Of a stretch of 53,560 nt of DNA, positions 1 to 9,393 are shown piece by piece. The notes under the pieces were generated by a model that ran no database searches, had not been told where the DNA came from, and saw only the letters and a program-made list of their open reading frames with translations. The stretch is from NCBI GenBank assembly GCA_964414895.1, contig CAYPXO010000006.1, positions 1-53,560 of the forward strand, read 5' to 3'. Numbering within the stretch: the first letter of the stretch is position 1; every line of letters starts with the position of its first letter. Both the position numbers and the translations under genes were made by a program. This DNA is from an uncultured Pseudomonadales bacterium (GTDB lineage Bacteria > Patescibacteriota > Microgenomatia > UBA1400 > CAYNMC01).

Positions 1-590
1 GTACTAGTTCACTATCGGTAAGTTGTTGTATTTAGTCTTGGAGCGTGGTTACCCCAGTTTCCCACCAGAGTGACATCTCCTGTGGTACTCAGGAACTTCC
101 TAGAGCTGTTTTTAGTTTCGCCTACAGGGCTTTCACCTTCTTTGGCGGGCCATTCCATGCCCTTCCGCTACCATTAACAATCCCATATTGGAAGCCCTAC
201 AACCGCCTCGCACGCAGCGCGAGGAACAGGATGACAGGATTATAAGATAATAGTGAATAGTCATTGTAAAATTTTGACTACTCACTACTATTCTGTCATC
301 CTAAAATCCTATTCCTTGTGCTACGCACAAGACTTTGGACTCTTCCGCTTTCGCTCGTCGCTACTAACGGAATTGTTTCTTTTCCTCCGGGTACTAAGAT
401 ATTTCAGTTCCCCGGGTGCCCCCTAATTGGCTATGTATTCACCAATTAGTCCTCTATAAAATAGAGTGGGTTTCCCCATTCGGACACCGCCGGATCAAAG
501 GTTTTTGGCACCTCCCCGACGACTATCGCGGCCTTAAGCGTCCTTCATCGGCAACAACTTCCAAGGCATCCATTGTCTGCTTTGGCAAAA
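1..590 (-). rRNA. rrl: 23S rRNA, 5' portion (continues off the left edge); contains a ~130 nt insertion
   Basis: Reverse complement of conserved 23S domain I segments (gtactagttcactatcgg, ttcgctcgtcgctact, gtactaagatatttcagttc, gggtttccccattcgga, cgtccttcatcg, aggcatcca); 5' end approximate. Confidence 0.97.
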
Positions 591-666
591 ATAGTCTGTG
601 AAGATTTTTTACCCGACTAGATTTCAGACAATAAGTCTCAATCTAGTCAAATAAATTCTATTTAAT

Positions 667-677
667 TGTTAAGGAGC
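667..677 (-). promoter_or_regulatory. boxA-like antitermination element ahead of 23S
   Basis: Minus strand GCTCCTTAACA resembles boxA TGCTCTTTAACA, in the expected position. Confidence 0.5.
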
Positions 678-786
678 CCTTCAGTCACTTCGTGACTTCA
701 GGGTAAACTGTCTACTAATAAACAGCTTTCCTTGAAGAACGAAACCCTAAGCTTGCTCTGAGGTTCGCCTCTGGCGAACCGAAGGG

Positions 787-859
787 TGGACCCAGGCGGT
801 TTCGAACCGCCCACCTCTTCGTTGCAAACGAAGCACTCTACCAACTGAGCTATGGGCCC
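787..859 (-). tRNA. tRNA-Ala(UGC), CCA not encoded
   Basis: Cloverleaf GGGCCCATAGCTCAGTTGGTAGAG...CTTCG-TTTGCAA-CGAAG...GGTTCGAAACC...GGGTCCA. Confidence 0.97.
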
Positions 860-1020
860 AATAAAAATTTAAAAGCCTCCCTATGGAGGCTTTCCCAAAT
901 AAAAAGTGCATTAACAACTCTTAAAAAATTGCTTGACGCCAGAGGTCCTGACTCGCAAAATAAATTGTTTTTCTTGTCTTTTTACTCATTAAATCTAGGA
1001 AATCTCCTTAAAGTAAGCTT

Positions 1021-1049
1021 ATCTTAACAAAACTTATTTGTCCCGTCAA
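1021..1049 (-). promoter_or_regulatory. sigma70 promoter for the tRNA-Ala/23S unit
   Basis: TTGACG-17 nt-TAAGAT on the minus strand. Confidence 0.6.
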
Positions 1050-1167
1050 CAGGGAAATTTAAATCACCATTGGCAGGGGCCGCAATTCTCGGTCAATAGG
1101 ATTCAAAAATCAATCCTAAGCTCTCCAGTGCCAAAAATTTTCTTTTAAAAACCTTTTTTTCATACTC

Positions 1168-1785
1168 TCACTTGACCCCCACAAAAACCTGTCCCCAGCG
1201 TTTTTTGATTTCTTTAACACCCCTCCTGATTCTTTTGGGAAAACGCCGAGCATATTCATTGAAGCGCTTTTTCTGAAGATCAATCAAAGTCAACTCCTCG
1301 TAGTCTATAAAAGCTTTTCCTAAAGAAGCCAGATAAATTTGATCCAAAAGCGCTTTTTCCGGATAGGCAATATTAATACTACCTTCCATTTTATAGCCAA
1401 AAAAAAGCTCAGGCTTTAGCTGGGAATAAATAACTTCTGTTTCTCCCAAAATCATGGTCTTGCTTTTTTTAAGAGTGGCAAAGGTTAGACTATAAGGAAT
1501 CTTGCCAATAATGCCGTAGCGAGACAAAGCGGAAACAAAAGAAAGATAAGAAGGATAATAAAGCTGGTTGGCTATTTGATCCAAATTGGTCCAGTTATCC
1601 GGCAAAATATAAACTCCTGGTTTCAATCTCAAAAGAAAGCCATCTTTAACCAAACGATGAATCAAAATCCTTAAACTATAGCGTTTTCTTCCTAGAATTT
1701 TCTCAAAATCAGCCAAAGTTAAATATTTTTTCTCAAATTGCTTTAGTTTCTCTAAAAATTCAGCTTTTATGTTCATTTTTCTCAA
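1168..1785 (-). CDS. AbiEi-like type IV antitoxin / transcriptional regulator
   Basis: N-terminal wHTH (LVKDGFLLRLKPGVY), PSYLSFVSALSRYGII and PEKALLD motifs. Confidence 0.85.
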   Translation of the reverse strand: MRKMNIKAEFLEKLKQFEKKYLTLADFEKILGRKRYSLRILIHRLVKDGFLLRLKPGVYILPDNWTNLDQIANQLYYPSYLSFVSALSRYGIIGKIPYSLTFATLKKSKTMILGETEVIYSQLKPELFFGYKMEGSINIAYPEKALLDQIYLASLGKAFIDYEELTLIDLQKKRFNEYARRFPKRIRRGVKEIKKRWGQVFVGVK

Positions 1786-2452
1786 GCAACTCTTTTACTA
1801 TCCACCAATTGCCTCTTGGTAGAAATCTTTTTAACTCTGCGCTGATAACTTTTTTATCGAATCTGCCATTAATCAAAACTTTATTTTCTTTTAACTTTTG
1901 AGCAAGCCACCACAAATCATATAAATCACGCCCCTTGACTCGTTCTTTAAAAGCTTTTTTCTTGTCTAGAAAAGCTCGTTTCTCGGTAACAACAAAGCCA
2001 GAGGTTTTTAAAGGAGTCGCCGGACTTATTAACTGCTGGAGTTTAAAATCTTTTTCCTTTTTCCACTTAACTGGTCTTTTGGAAATTTCAATTTTGAGCA
2101 AAAAAGGCTGAGCTAAGTAATCCTCTCTTACAGAAAAAAGGCTAAAATAGGTATAATACTTTTCTCTTAAATCTTTTATTTTTACAACTTTCAAATCTTC
2201 TACCCTTGCTCTTATAACTTCTTTTAGGGCTTGCCACTCAATCTTTTTAATTAGAGCAAAGTCCAAATCTTCAGAAAATCTCAAACTATGATAAGCCAGT
2301 CTCAAAGCAGTGCCTCCTTTAAAAACCAAGTACTTTCCCCATTTACTCTCCAGCAAAGTTTTTAAAAAAATCATTTCATAGTTTTCCCGCACAACATTCT
2401 CAAGAAAAGTATTTAGTTTTTTAGCTAACTGTCTTGCTGTTTCTTTGTCCAT
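1760..2452 (-). CDS. AbiEii-family nucleotidyltransferase toxin
   Basis: FKGGTAL...RFSEDLDF and KGRDLYD motifs. Confidence 0.9.
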   Translation of the reverse strand: MDKETARQLAKKLNTFLENVVRENYEMIFLKTLLESKWGKYLVFKGGTALRLAYHSLRFSEDLDFALIKKIEWQALKEVIRARVEDLKVVKIKDLREKYYTYFSLFSVREDYLAQPFLLKIEISKRPVKWKKEKDFKLQQLISPATPLKTSGFVVTEKRAFLDKKKAFKERVKGRDLYDLWWLAQKLKENKVLINGRFDKKVISAELKRFLPRGNWWIVKELLEKNEHKS

Positions 2453-2455
2453 ATT

Positions 2456-2501
2456 TCAGTTCCCACTTTATATACAAATTTGTATATTATCTTGGAACTG
2501 A
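2456..2501. promoter_or_regulatory. Inverted-repeat operator upstream of abiEii
   Basis: Perfect palindrome atatacaaatttgtatat (2470-2487) inside tcagttcc...ggaactga, downstream of a minus-strand TTGACA. Confidence 0.55.
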
Positions 2502-2524
2502 TTATAGAGGAAAGGTAAAATTTG

Positions 2525-3361
2525 TCAAGGGGTAATTTTTCTGGATTGTTTCTTTTGAAGATTAAAAAGGACTAAATCCTTAGAACCCTTACTGGCTTTT
2601 TCCAGCAATTCAACTGTCAAACCTGGCAATTTTTGATATAACTGGCGGTAATTCTCCGGCAGGAATTGATTTAAGTCTTGTTTTAGCTTTTTCTTATCAA
2701 AAGAGTGAATGCGTCTAATAATCTTGGCAATCTTGAATTTCACTCTTGGATAAAGTTTCATTTTTTTGCTGATAATTTTATTGTCGATTGTTGTATCTTT
2801 GGTCAAAAGAAACCAAACATCAAAAATATCTCTTGCTTTGCCTCTCACTAGCAAAGCCCGCAGTTTTTCTGCTAAGATTTCCTCGGCAGATAAATGAATA
2901 ACCAAAGGATAAGGAGAAATTGGATAATCAAACGGTATGAGCACTCTTTCTTCTCTTGTCTGAGGCCTTTCTCTTCCAACAAAGTCAATCCGTATAGAAA
3001 GAGGTTGTTTGGAAAATTGGTGAGAAAAAGCTAGTTTGTATCGCCAAGAGTCAACTATTATCCTTTGTTTTTTTAGAACAATTTCTTCGCTTGTTTCTTT
3101 TTGTAAAACACTAAAAGTAGATTTAATGACAGAAGTGGCCTCTTTTTCTTTTAAGTTGACAGTAAAATCTAAATCTTCGGAGAATCGGAAAGAATCAAAA
3201 AGAAATCTGATTGCTGTCCCTCCTTTAAAGTAAACATCACTCGATCTTTTTTGGGAATAGAGTCCTTGCAAAAAGAGCAACTGCCAATATTCCCGCAAAA
3301 TAGTAATCCTATCAATTTTCTCTTTTTTAGCCTTATCAGTAATAAAATTGTAATTAATCAT
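2525..3361 (-). CDS. AbiEii-family nucleotidyltransferase toxin
   Basis: FKGGTAI...RFSEDLDF, AEKLRAL and KARDIFD motifs. Confidence 0.9.
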   Translation of the reverse strand: MINYNFITDKAKKEKIDRITILREYWQLLFLQGLYSQKRSSDVYFKGGTAIRFLFDSFRFSEDLDFTVNLKEKEATSVIKSTFSVLQKETSEEIVLKKQRIIVDSWRYKLAFSHQFSKQPLSIRIDFVGRERPQTREERVLIPFDYPISPYPLVIHLSAEEILAEKLRALLVRGKARDIFDVWFLLTKDTTIDNKIISKKMKLYPRVKFKIAKIIRRIHSFDKKKLKQDLNQFLPENYRQLYQKLPGLTVELLEKASKGSKDLVLFNLQKKQSRKITP

Positions 3362-3969
3362 ATTACTCTATTATTCAATAAAAATTTTTTAAATTTGCCT
3401 TTTACTTTTCTTCTGAAATAATTCTTTATCTTTTGTTTTTTAAAAGTTCCTCCTTCAATTTCATCCAATAAATCCAAACTTCTTAATCCTTTATAGCTAA
3501 AATATAAATAATCAAACAGTGATTTTTGAGGAGAGGCAATAAGAAAATTGTCTTGTTTGACAAAATCATTAAAGTAGGATTTCTTTATTTTGGCAAACGA
3601 GTAAGTCTTTGCTCCAATCTTTATTTCCCTAGTTCTTTTGACAGTAACAGAAGTTATCCTGTAAGGAAATTGACTGATTATTCCGTAAAAAGACAAGGCT
3701 GATTCTAGAGAAATATAAGAAGGGTTATATAAAAAATTGGCAATTTCATACTCCAAAGGTTCTTTTTTAGCCAGATTAAATAAATATTTACCTTTTACTA
3801 GACTAGCAACAATCTCCTCTTTTTTTAATCGTCTTAGCAAATGCCTGAGCGTATTTTCGTTGTCAAGAGCAAAAAGATTTCTAACTTGCACAATGTCAAA
3901 AAGGTTAATATTTTTTTTCTGTAAAGTCTTAATAAAGACTGTTCTACTAACCCTTGTATTCGATTCCAT
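3358..3969 (-). CDS. AbiEi-like type IV antitoxin (start at 3969 preferred; ORF is open to 3990)
   Basis: PSYISLESALSFYGII and ASPQKSLFD; the upstream ATG overlaps the likely -10 box and the palindrome aatgtatattattatacatt. Confidence 0.85.
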   Translation of the reverse strand: MESNTRVSRTVFIKTLQKKNINLFDIVQVRNLFALDNENTLRHLLRRLKKEEIVASLVKGKYLFNLAKKEPLEYEIANFLYNPSYISLESALSFYGIISQFPYRITSVTVKRTREIKIGAKTYSFAKIKKSYFNDFVKQDNFLIASPQKSLFDYLYFSYKGLRSLDLLDEIEGGTFKKQKIKNYFRRKVKGKFKKFLLNNRVI

Positions 3970-4057
3970 ATAATGTATATTATTATACATTTAAAAGCAT
4001 TGTGTCAAGAGGCAAGTTTGGCAGTTGTTTCATTGTTCAGGTAAAATATAGCTACCT

Positions 4058-4192
4058 ATGAAAGTCACACAACTCCGCCACAAACATCCAGTCTTTTATT
4101 ATCACTCCTTTGAAAGCAAACTGGTTAAAAACAACCTTCAGCTCTCCTTTCTTTTTCAAACCGAGCCGGATATTTTTTTCCGGCCAGAATAG
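4058..4192 (+). pseudogene. Truncated 5' copy of murL (44 codons)
   Basis: MKVTQLRHKHPVFYYHSFE...PDIFFRPE* matches the N-terminus of 9394..10809; upstream DNA is also duplicated. Confidence 0.9.
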
Positions 4193-4228
4193 GAAATTTC
4201 GGATAATCACCACGCACCTACTAGCTCT

Positions 4229-5530
4229 TTAAGCATAGTAAATTGGGGCAAAAAGAAAACTATTCTTCTTTTTTTTGAGGAGTCGCCAGAGATTTTTATT
4301 AAAAATAATAACTCTCTTATCTGGATAATGATTTAAAAAACTATATAAGCTTCTTCCTATTTGAGGCTTTTTTAAACTGCCTATTTTGACTTCTAAAGCA
4401 ATCTCTTCTTCTCCACTAGTAAAAACAAAGTCCACCTCTGCTCCCCCTCTCGTTCTCCAGAAATTAATTTTTTCCTGAGCCTTAAGTCTTTTAAAAAATT
4501 GCTGAAAAACAAACATCTCTCCGATTTTTCCTTTATCTGGTCTTTTTACTAGTGAAGAAAAATTATTGAGCAGAAGATTACGCAAGCCATTGTCTAAAAA
4601 ATACACCTTTGGTGTTTTTCTTAACTCGGAGGTAATATTATGATGAAAGGGAGAAATCTTTTGAATAACAAAAGTTTCTTTAAGAATCTCAAGATGCTTT
4701 TTCAAAAGAAGAAAGTTTAAACCGCTATCATTACTGACTTGATTTAAATTCAAAAGATCGCCGCTTTGGGAGGCCAAAATCCGCAAAAGACTCTGATAAC
4801 CTCCAACATCTTCAACCAGTAAAAGAGTCCGAATTTCTCTCTGAAGATAGGTAGAAACAACATTTTCCAAAACTTTAATTTTTACTTCTTTTTCTCTCGT
4901 TTTCACTACCTCTGGATATCCACCGAAAGTAATAAATTCTTCCCAAAAATTGGCAAATCTTCTCTCAAAAATTGATTGTTTAGGAAAAGATAATTCCTTA
5001 CCAGCCATAAGATAGTTCTCTAGCCAAATTCTTTGTTTTTCAAAAGAGGAAATTAAATCTGGGGCTTTGTATTCTAAAAACTCAGCAAAATCCAAAGGAA
5101 AAAGGCGAAAATAAAAAATTCGGCCAACTAAATACTTGGCCGTAGCAAAAGTCAATTCTAAGGAGGAAGAACCAGAGATAAAAATCTTTGCTTGAGGAAA
5201 AAGATCATATAAAAGTTTTAGTTTTTTACCTCCTTCCTTTGTGTAATGAAATTCATCAAAGAAAAAATAAACTTTACCATTTTTCAACCGACTCTTAACA
5301 AACTCTGCTGGATTCTCTTCAAACTCGTTTATCAGCAAAGGATCCTCAAAATTGAAGTAAAAAATATTTCCTGGGGAAATACTATATTTAGTCTTGAGAT
5401 AATCGGCAATTATCTTCAAAAGAGTTGTCTTTCCTGCTTGTCTTGGCCCCACAATAGCAAATATTTCTTTTCTCTTTAAAAGAGAAATAATCTCCTGAAA
5501 CAACCTGCGTTTTATTAATTTATTTTTCAT
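4229..5530 (-). CDS. AAA+ ATPase (AAA_14 + DUF4143)
   Basis: GPRQAGKT, FFDE, SGSSS, GGYPE, KVYFLDNG, EVDF...EVK. Confidence 0.9.
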   Translation of the reverse strand: MKNKLIKRRLFQEIISLLKRKEIFAIVGPRQAGKTTLLKIIADYLKTKYSISPGNIFYFNFEDPLLINEFEENPAEFVKSRLKNGKVYFFFDEFHYTKEGGKKLKLLYDLFPQAKIFISGSSSLELTFATAKYLVGRIFYFRLFPLDFAEFLEYKAPDLISSFEKQRIWLENYLMAGKELSFPKQSIFERRFANFWEEFITFGGYPEVVKTREKEVKIKVLENVVSTYLQREIRTLLLVEDVGGYQSLLRILASQSGDLLNLNQVSNDSGLNFLLLKKHLEILKETFVIQKISPFHHNITSELRKTPKVYFLDNGLRNLLLNNFSSLVKRPDKGKIGEMFVFQQFFKRLKAQEKINFWRTRGGAEVDFVFTSGEEEIALEVKIGSLKKPQIGRSLYSFLNHYPDKRVIIFNKNLWRLLKKKKNSFLFAPIYYA

Positions 5531-5785
5531 TTCTGCTTGATTAAAACTAAGACAATATTAATTGTAGTCAGGAAGCTTCAATTTGTCAAGACAGGAGTTT
5601 GAAAACTTGAAGGGGTCATTTGAAACCATTAAACTTCTTGGAATCATGTCCATAAAAAAAGACTAAATTTATGGATACTTATCAAGTCTTGTCATGTCAA
5701 GAGATAGATAAAAACCGTACCTACTTGCCATTTATCCCCGAATCTTCCTTTTGACAAACTTCATCTTTTTTGAAAAAATATATTT

Positions 5786-8437
5786 ATGGAAATGCAAGAA
5801 ATACATCCTACACTTGAAGTAAACCAATACAAGGCTTTTATAAGAGCAATTACATTAAGCGATGAACAAATTATAGATTTAGCAAAGCCAGGCCCCAAGC
5901 CAGGTGTTAAAAAAGGAGAAGAAGGTTGGCAGGCTGATCTGAATTTCCCTGATACTGAAGTTAGGAAGACGTATCAAAGACTACTTGGTCTGATGGGAGA
6001 CTATAATCCTTATGCTCTAGCTACGGAGCCAAGAGGTCGTATTGGAATCGCTCTTAAGATTTTGTATCCTGACACTTCACCAACAACAAGAGAAATAATT
6101 GCTCATACTGTAGTACAACATTTAAAGAGAGTTGGTTTTGATGATCCTCGATCTCATAGGGTGGCGATTTTGCCTTTGGCAAAGAAATTAGGACCATTAG
6201 TTAAGGTTTTAGAACCAGAATCAAAGATGGCTCTTGAAGCTAAAGCTTTGGCAGATACTCAAGCAGCCGTCCAAAAAGCGAACATTGATTTAGAAGCTAA
6301 GAAGATAGAATTTGAAGCCCAACTTGAAGAATTAACGAGGGGGTTGAAGGAAGAAAGAAAGAAAAATGCCGAATTACAAAAGAATAATCAGCGATTAGAG
6401 GAAAAATTAGGAACTACTTCTGTAAAGTTGCAAAAGACAAGCGAACAATTACAAAAAGTTAAAGGAAGTCATGCTCAGGTCCAAGAAGAATTAAAGAAAA
6501 CAAGACAACAATTAGAAGATTTCCAAAGACAAGAGCCAGATAGAATGAAAAGGCAAAGGTTGATATCAGAACATCTAACAGCAACAAGTAAAGGATATGA
6601 AAAGGCAGCTGAAAGACTAGCCAGTGATAGGGATAAGGAGTTAATAAAAGAAGAAGAAAAGCCTGAAGTTGAGGTCCCAGCAGAAGAAGTCGAAGCAGAA
6701 GAAGAAGCTCCGGTGCAGGAAGTAGTGATTAAAGAATTATCTGAAGAGCAAATAGAGCAAGCTTTAGGAAAACTTGAGGAGACAGATTTCTATGAGCTTT
6801 ATTCAGGTGTAAGCAATTTTGTAGGAAGGATTTCTAGAAGTGAATTAAACGCTATATTCAAAAAACGAACAGCGGCAACGAGGGATATCTTACAGGAAAA
6901 AGAAACAAGAGAAAAGCTCATCCAGGAATTAACAACCGAGGGAGGTATGACTGAAACTGACTTAACTCCTATAAAATCTGATACGGAGAGTTTAACCCTT
7001 TTGTGTGAGGTGCCTTATCTTCGTGAAGTTTGGCAAGAAGCAGAAGGAAAAACTTTATTTAACAAACTGGCAAGGCTAAGAAGGGAAGTAGCGTCCCGCC
7101 TGAAAAATAAAATAAATCGGAGAGAAATTTATACTCTTCCTTTAGACGAAGTTGTTAAGTACACTTTCAACTATCTGGTTGATTTTGAAAAGGATGAAAA
7201 TTTTGGAAATAAAACTCAAACAGACCTGAAAAAAGAAAAAAGGTCGTTGAGTGAAAAAAGTCCCAGAGATGCAACTCAATTATTGGAGAAAAGTTTGGGG
7301 ACTTTAACTCCTGATAGGTTCGAGGAGGAATGGATGTTTGACCCGAATTTATTAGTAGATGACTTGTATGTAGAATTGGAAGGGAGGAAAGGTTTTTTAA
7401 AAGTAACAAGAGTGCTTGGAAAGGGAGCCAAAAGTCTTGTTTGTGAGGCTAAAGCAAGTGATGGTTCAGGCGAACCAGTGGCCGTAAAAATAGCTTTCCC
7501 AAGAAAGACTGGAGACCACCAACCAACTTATGGGAGTCTTATGGCAGCTTGTGAGGAGGCTTCTGTTCTTTCGAAAATGGCGCTTTACGATAAAGGCCAT
7601 CATCTTCCTAAAATTCTCCATTTAACTAAGGAGGTAAAAAACGGTTTACGTCATGAGAATTGGAATTTAGAAAAAAGGAGGTTTGAGAATTATTTTCTGC
7701 TAGCTCAAGAATATATTGATACAGAGACATATCCTGGAGTGAATAAGCTTGCATCCCAATATGAAGGGCAAATGATGCCAGAACTGCTGGCTTTAGAAAT
7801 CGCACGTCAATACACAGAAATGCTTACTGATCTTAAAAAAGCAGGAGTAAGCACAGTGGATCGTAAATTAGTTGATCTTCGTTGGAAAATGGGAGAAGTA
7901 GATCTTAAAAACCCTTCTGCAGTGACTCTGGAAAAATATAGGAACACAGGTCCCGATAAAAGAGGACATTTGATGGTTTGGGATTGGAATGTCGTAGAAG
8001 AGGCGACAGGGGAGGCAATACTAAATGCCATCTTTTCTATGGGAAGACACTGGCACCGCCTTTTATTAGGAGAAGAGCCATATTTTACTCCGGAAGCTTG
8101 GATTCTTGAAGAACCATTGGAGAAGAAGGAAAGCTTTCGGAAACTTTCCCGACCAGCTCAGGAATTTCTTAGGGGATTTTTTGATCCAGAAAATAGATAT
8201 AAAAAGCTTGATGAGGTTAGCGCCGCCATTGAAAAGGTTTCGAGTTATTGGCAAGAAACTCCTCAGGCTCTTTGGGAAACAATAAAAAACTTGCAGAAGA
8301 AAATTGAACTTTTAACGGAACCAGAGAAAGAAGATTTGCTTAATGCGTTGAGTGTTTTAAAGTGTCAGATTGATGACTGGGGAGTAGAAAAACCAAAAGG
8401 CTTTGAGGAGGCTTTGCGCCTTCTCTCCACTGACTAA
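5786..8437 (+). CDS. Coiled-coil protein with C-terminal atypical Ser/Thr kinase-like domain
   Basis: Long heptad-rich region; LGKGAKSLV, VAVK, EE helix, DRKLVD, WDWN. Confidence 0.65.
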   Translation: MEMQEIHPTLEVNQYKAFIRAITLSDEQIIDLAKPGPKPGVKKGEEGWQADLNFPDTEVRKTYQRLLGLMGDYNPYALATEPRGRIGIALKILYPDTSPTTREIIAHTVVQHLKRVGFDDPRSHRVAILPLAKKLGPLVKVLEPESKMALEAKALADTQAAVQKANIDLEAKKIEFEAQLEELTRGLKEERKKNAELQKNNQRLEEKLGTTSVKLQKTSEQLQKVKGSHAQVQEELKKTRQQLEDFQRQEPDRMKRQRLISEHLTATSKGYEKAAERLASDRDKELIKEEEKPEVEVPAEEVEAEEEAPVQEVVIKELSEEQIEQALGKLEETDFYELYSGVSNFVGRISRSELNAIFKKRTAATRDILQEKETREKLIQELTTEGGMTETDLTPIKSDTESLTLLCEVPYLREVWQEAEGKTLFNKLARLRREVASRLKNKINRREIYTLPLDEVVKYTFNYLVDFEKDENFGNKTQTDLKKEKRSLSEKSPRDATQLLEKSLGTLTPDRFEEEWMFDPNLLVDDLYVELEGRKGFLKVTRVLGKGAKSLVCEAKASDGSGEPVAVKIAFPRKTGDHQPTYGSLMAACEEASVLSKMALYDKGHHLPKILHLTKEVKNGLRHENWNLEKRRFENYFLLAQEYIDTETYPGVNKLASQYEGQMMPELLALEIARQYTEMLTDLKKAGVSTVDRKLVDLRWKMGEVDLKNPSAVTLEKYRNTGPDKRGHLMVWDWNVVEEATGEAILNAIFSMGRHWHRLLLGEEPYFTPEAWILEEPLEKKESFRKLSRPAQEFLRGFFDPENRYKKLDEVSAAIEKVSSYWQETPQALWETIKNLQKKIELLTEPEKEDLLNALSVLKCQIDDWGVEKPKGFEEALRLLSTD

Positions 8438-8555
8438 ATTAGTCATAAATCTTCCTTTTTTTACACTGCAATAAACATTGCAACATACAAAACAATGTTA
8501 TGTCAAGAACTTGCTAGATGAGACTCTTGAAATTAAAATATTTAAAAATTGAAGC

Positions 8556-9212
8556 TCATTTAATTGAAGCAGTTTGGTGCTGAAGCAGGCCTGGATATTT
8601 ATCTCTCGTCCAGCCAATGAGAGCACTATTTTCTGGGCTTTCTTCAGCAAACCTCTTAGCAGTTTCTCTTAATCCATTAGCAAAATTATTTATTTTTGTC
8701 TCTGTTCCTCCCTTTGTTTCCAATATTTTCCAAAGAGGGGAAAACCAGTCAGGTTCTTCTAAGATAATTGTCAAAAAGCCTTTTGCTTTAGGACCAAAAT
8801 CTGCTACAACTAAACCCTTCAAAAAAGCTTCTCTGGCCAATTCAGGTAATCCCTTACCTTCCTTAATAATAGAATCTACTTCGTCTATTGTTAATCTTAC
8901 ATTTTGATTTGTATTTATCTCTAATGCTGTCTTTACTCCCTTCCTAAATCCTAATAAAAAATCTCGGGCTTGTTCTGGTGACCGAACAACTCCACTTGAT
9001 ACTAAAATTTCCATGTCGTTTTCAAGCTCTCCTAAAACTACTTCTTTCATTCTTGTCCTGTAATCTCTAACTGAATCGCTCTGAGCCTGCTCTCCAAAAT
9101 GAAAAGCCATTATCTTTTCTAACGTAGCATGAGTTAAATCAGGAATAAGCAGCTTATCTTTGTCTAATGGTACTTCTTTAGTCCCAACTTGTGCTGTTTT
9201 ATCTTCAGACAT
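8556..9212 (-). CDS. Hypothetical protein
   Basis: 218 aa ORF with ATG start and no competing long ORF. Confidence 0.65.
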   Translation of the reverse strand: MSEDKTAQVGTKEVPLDKDKLLIPDLTHATLEKIMAFHFGEQAQSDSVRDYRTRMKEVVLGELENDMEILVSSGVVRSPEQARDFLLGFRKGVKTALEINTNQNVRLTIDEVDSIIKEGKGLPELAREAFLKGLVVADFGPKAKGFLTIILEEPDWFSPLWKILETKGGTETKINNFANGLRETAKRFAEESPENSALIGWTRDKYPGLLQHQTASIK

Positions 9213-9393
9213 TTAGTTTCCTTTTCAATTTCTTAATGACATCTAATAATCAATAAAAATTTTACTATTTTCTTTATTATAATTCTTATAACAAAATTTT
9301 CATTAAAAAACAATAAGAAACAGAAAGTGTACCATCGGTGCTAGCGAATACTTTTGGCAGTCGTTTTATTATTCAGGTAAAATATAGCTACCT

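Noticed and set aside
45-601. ORFs 45..245 and 416..601
   Set aside because: Antisense to 23S rRNA
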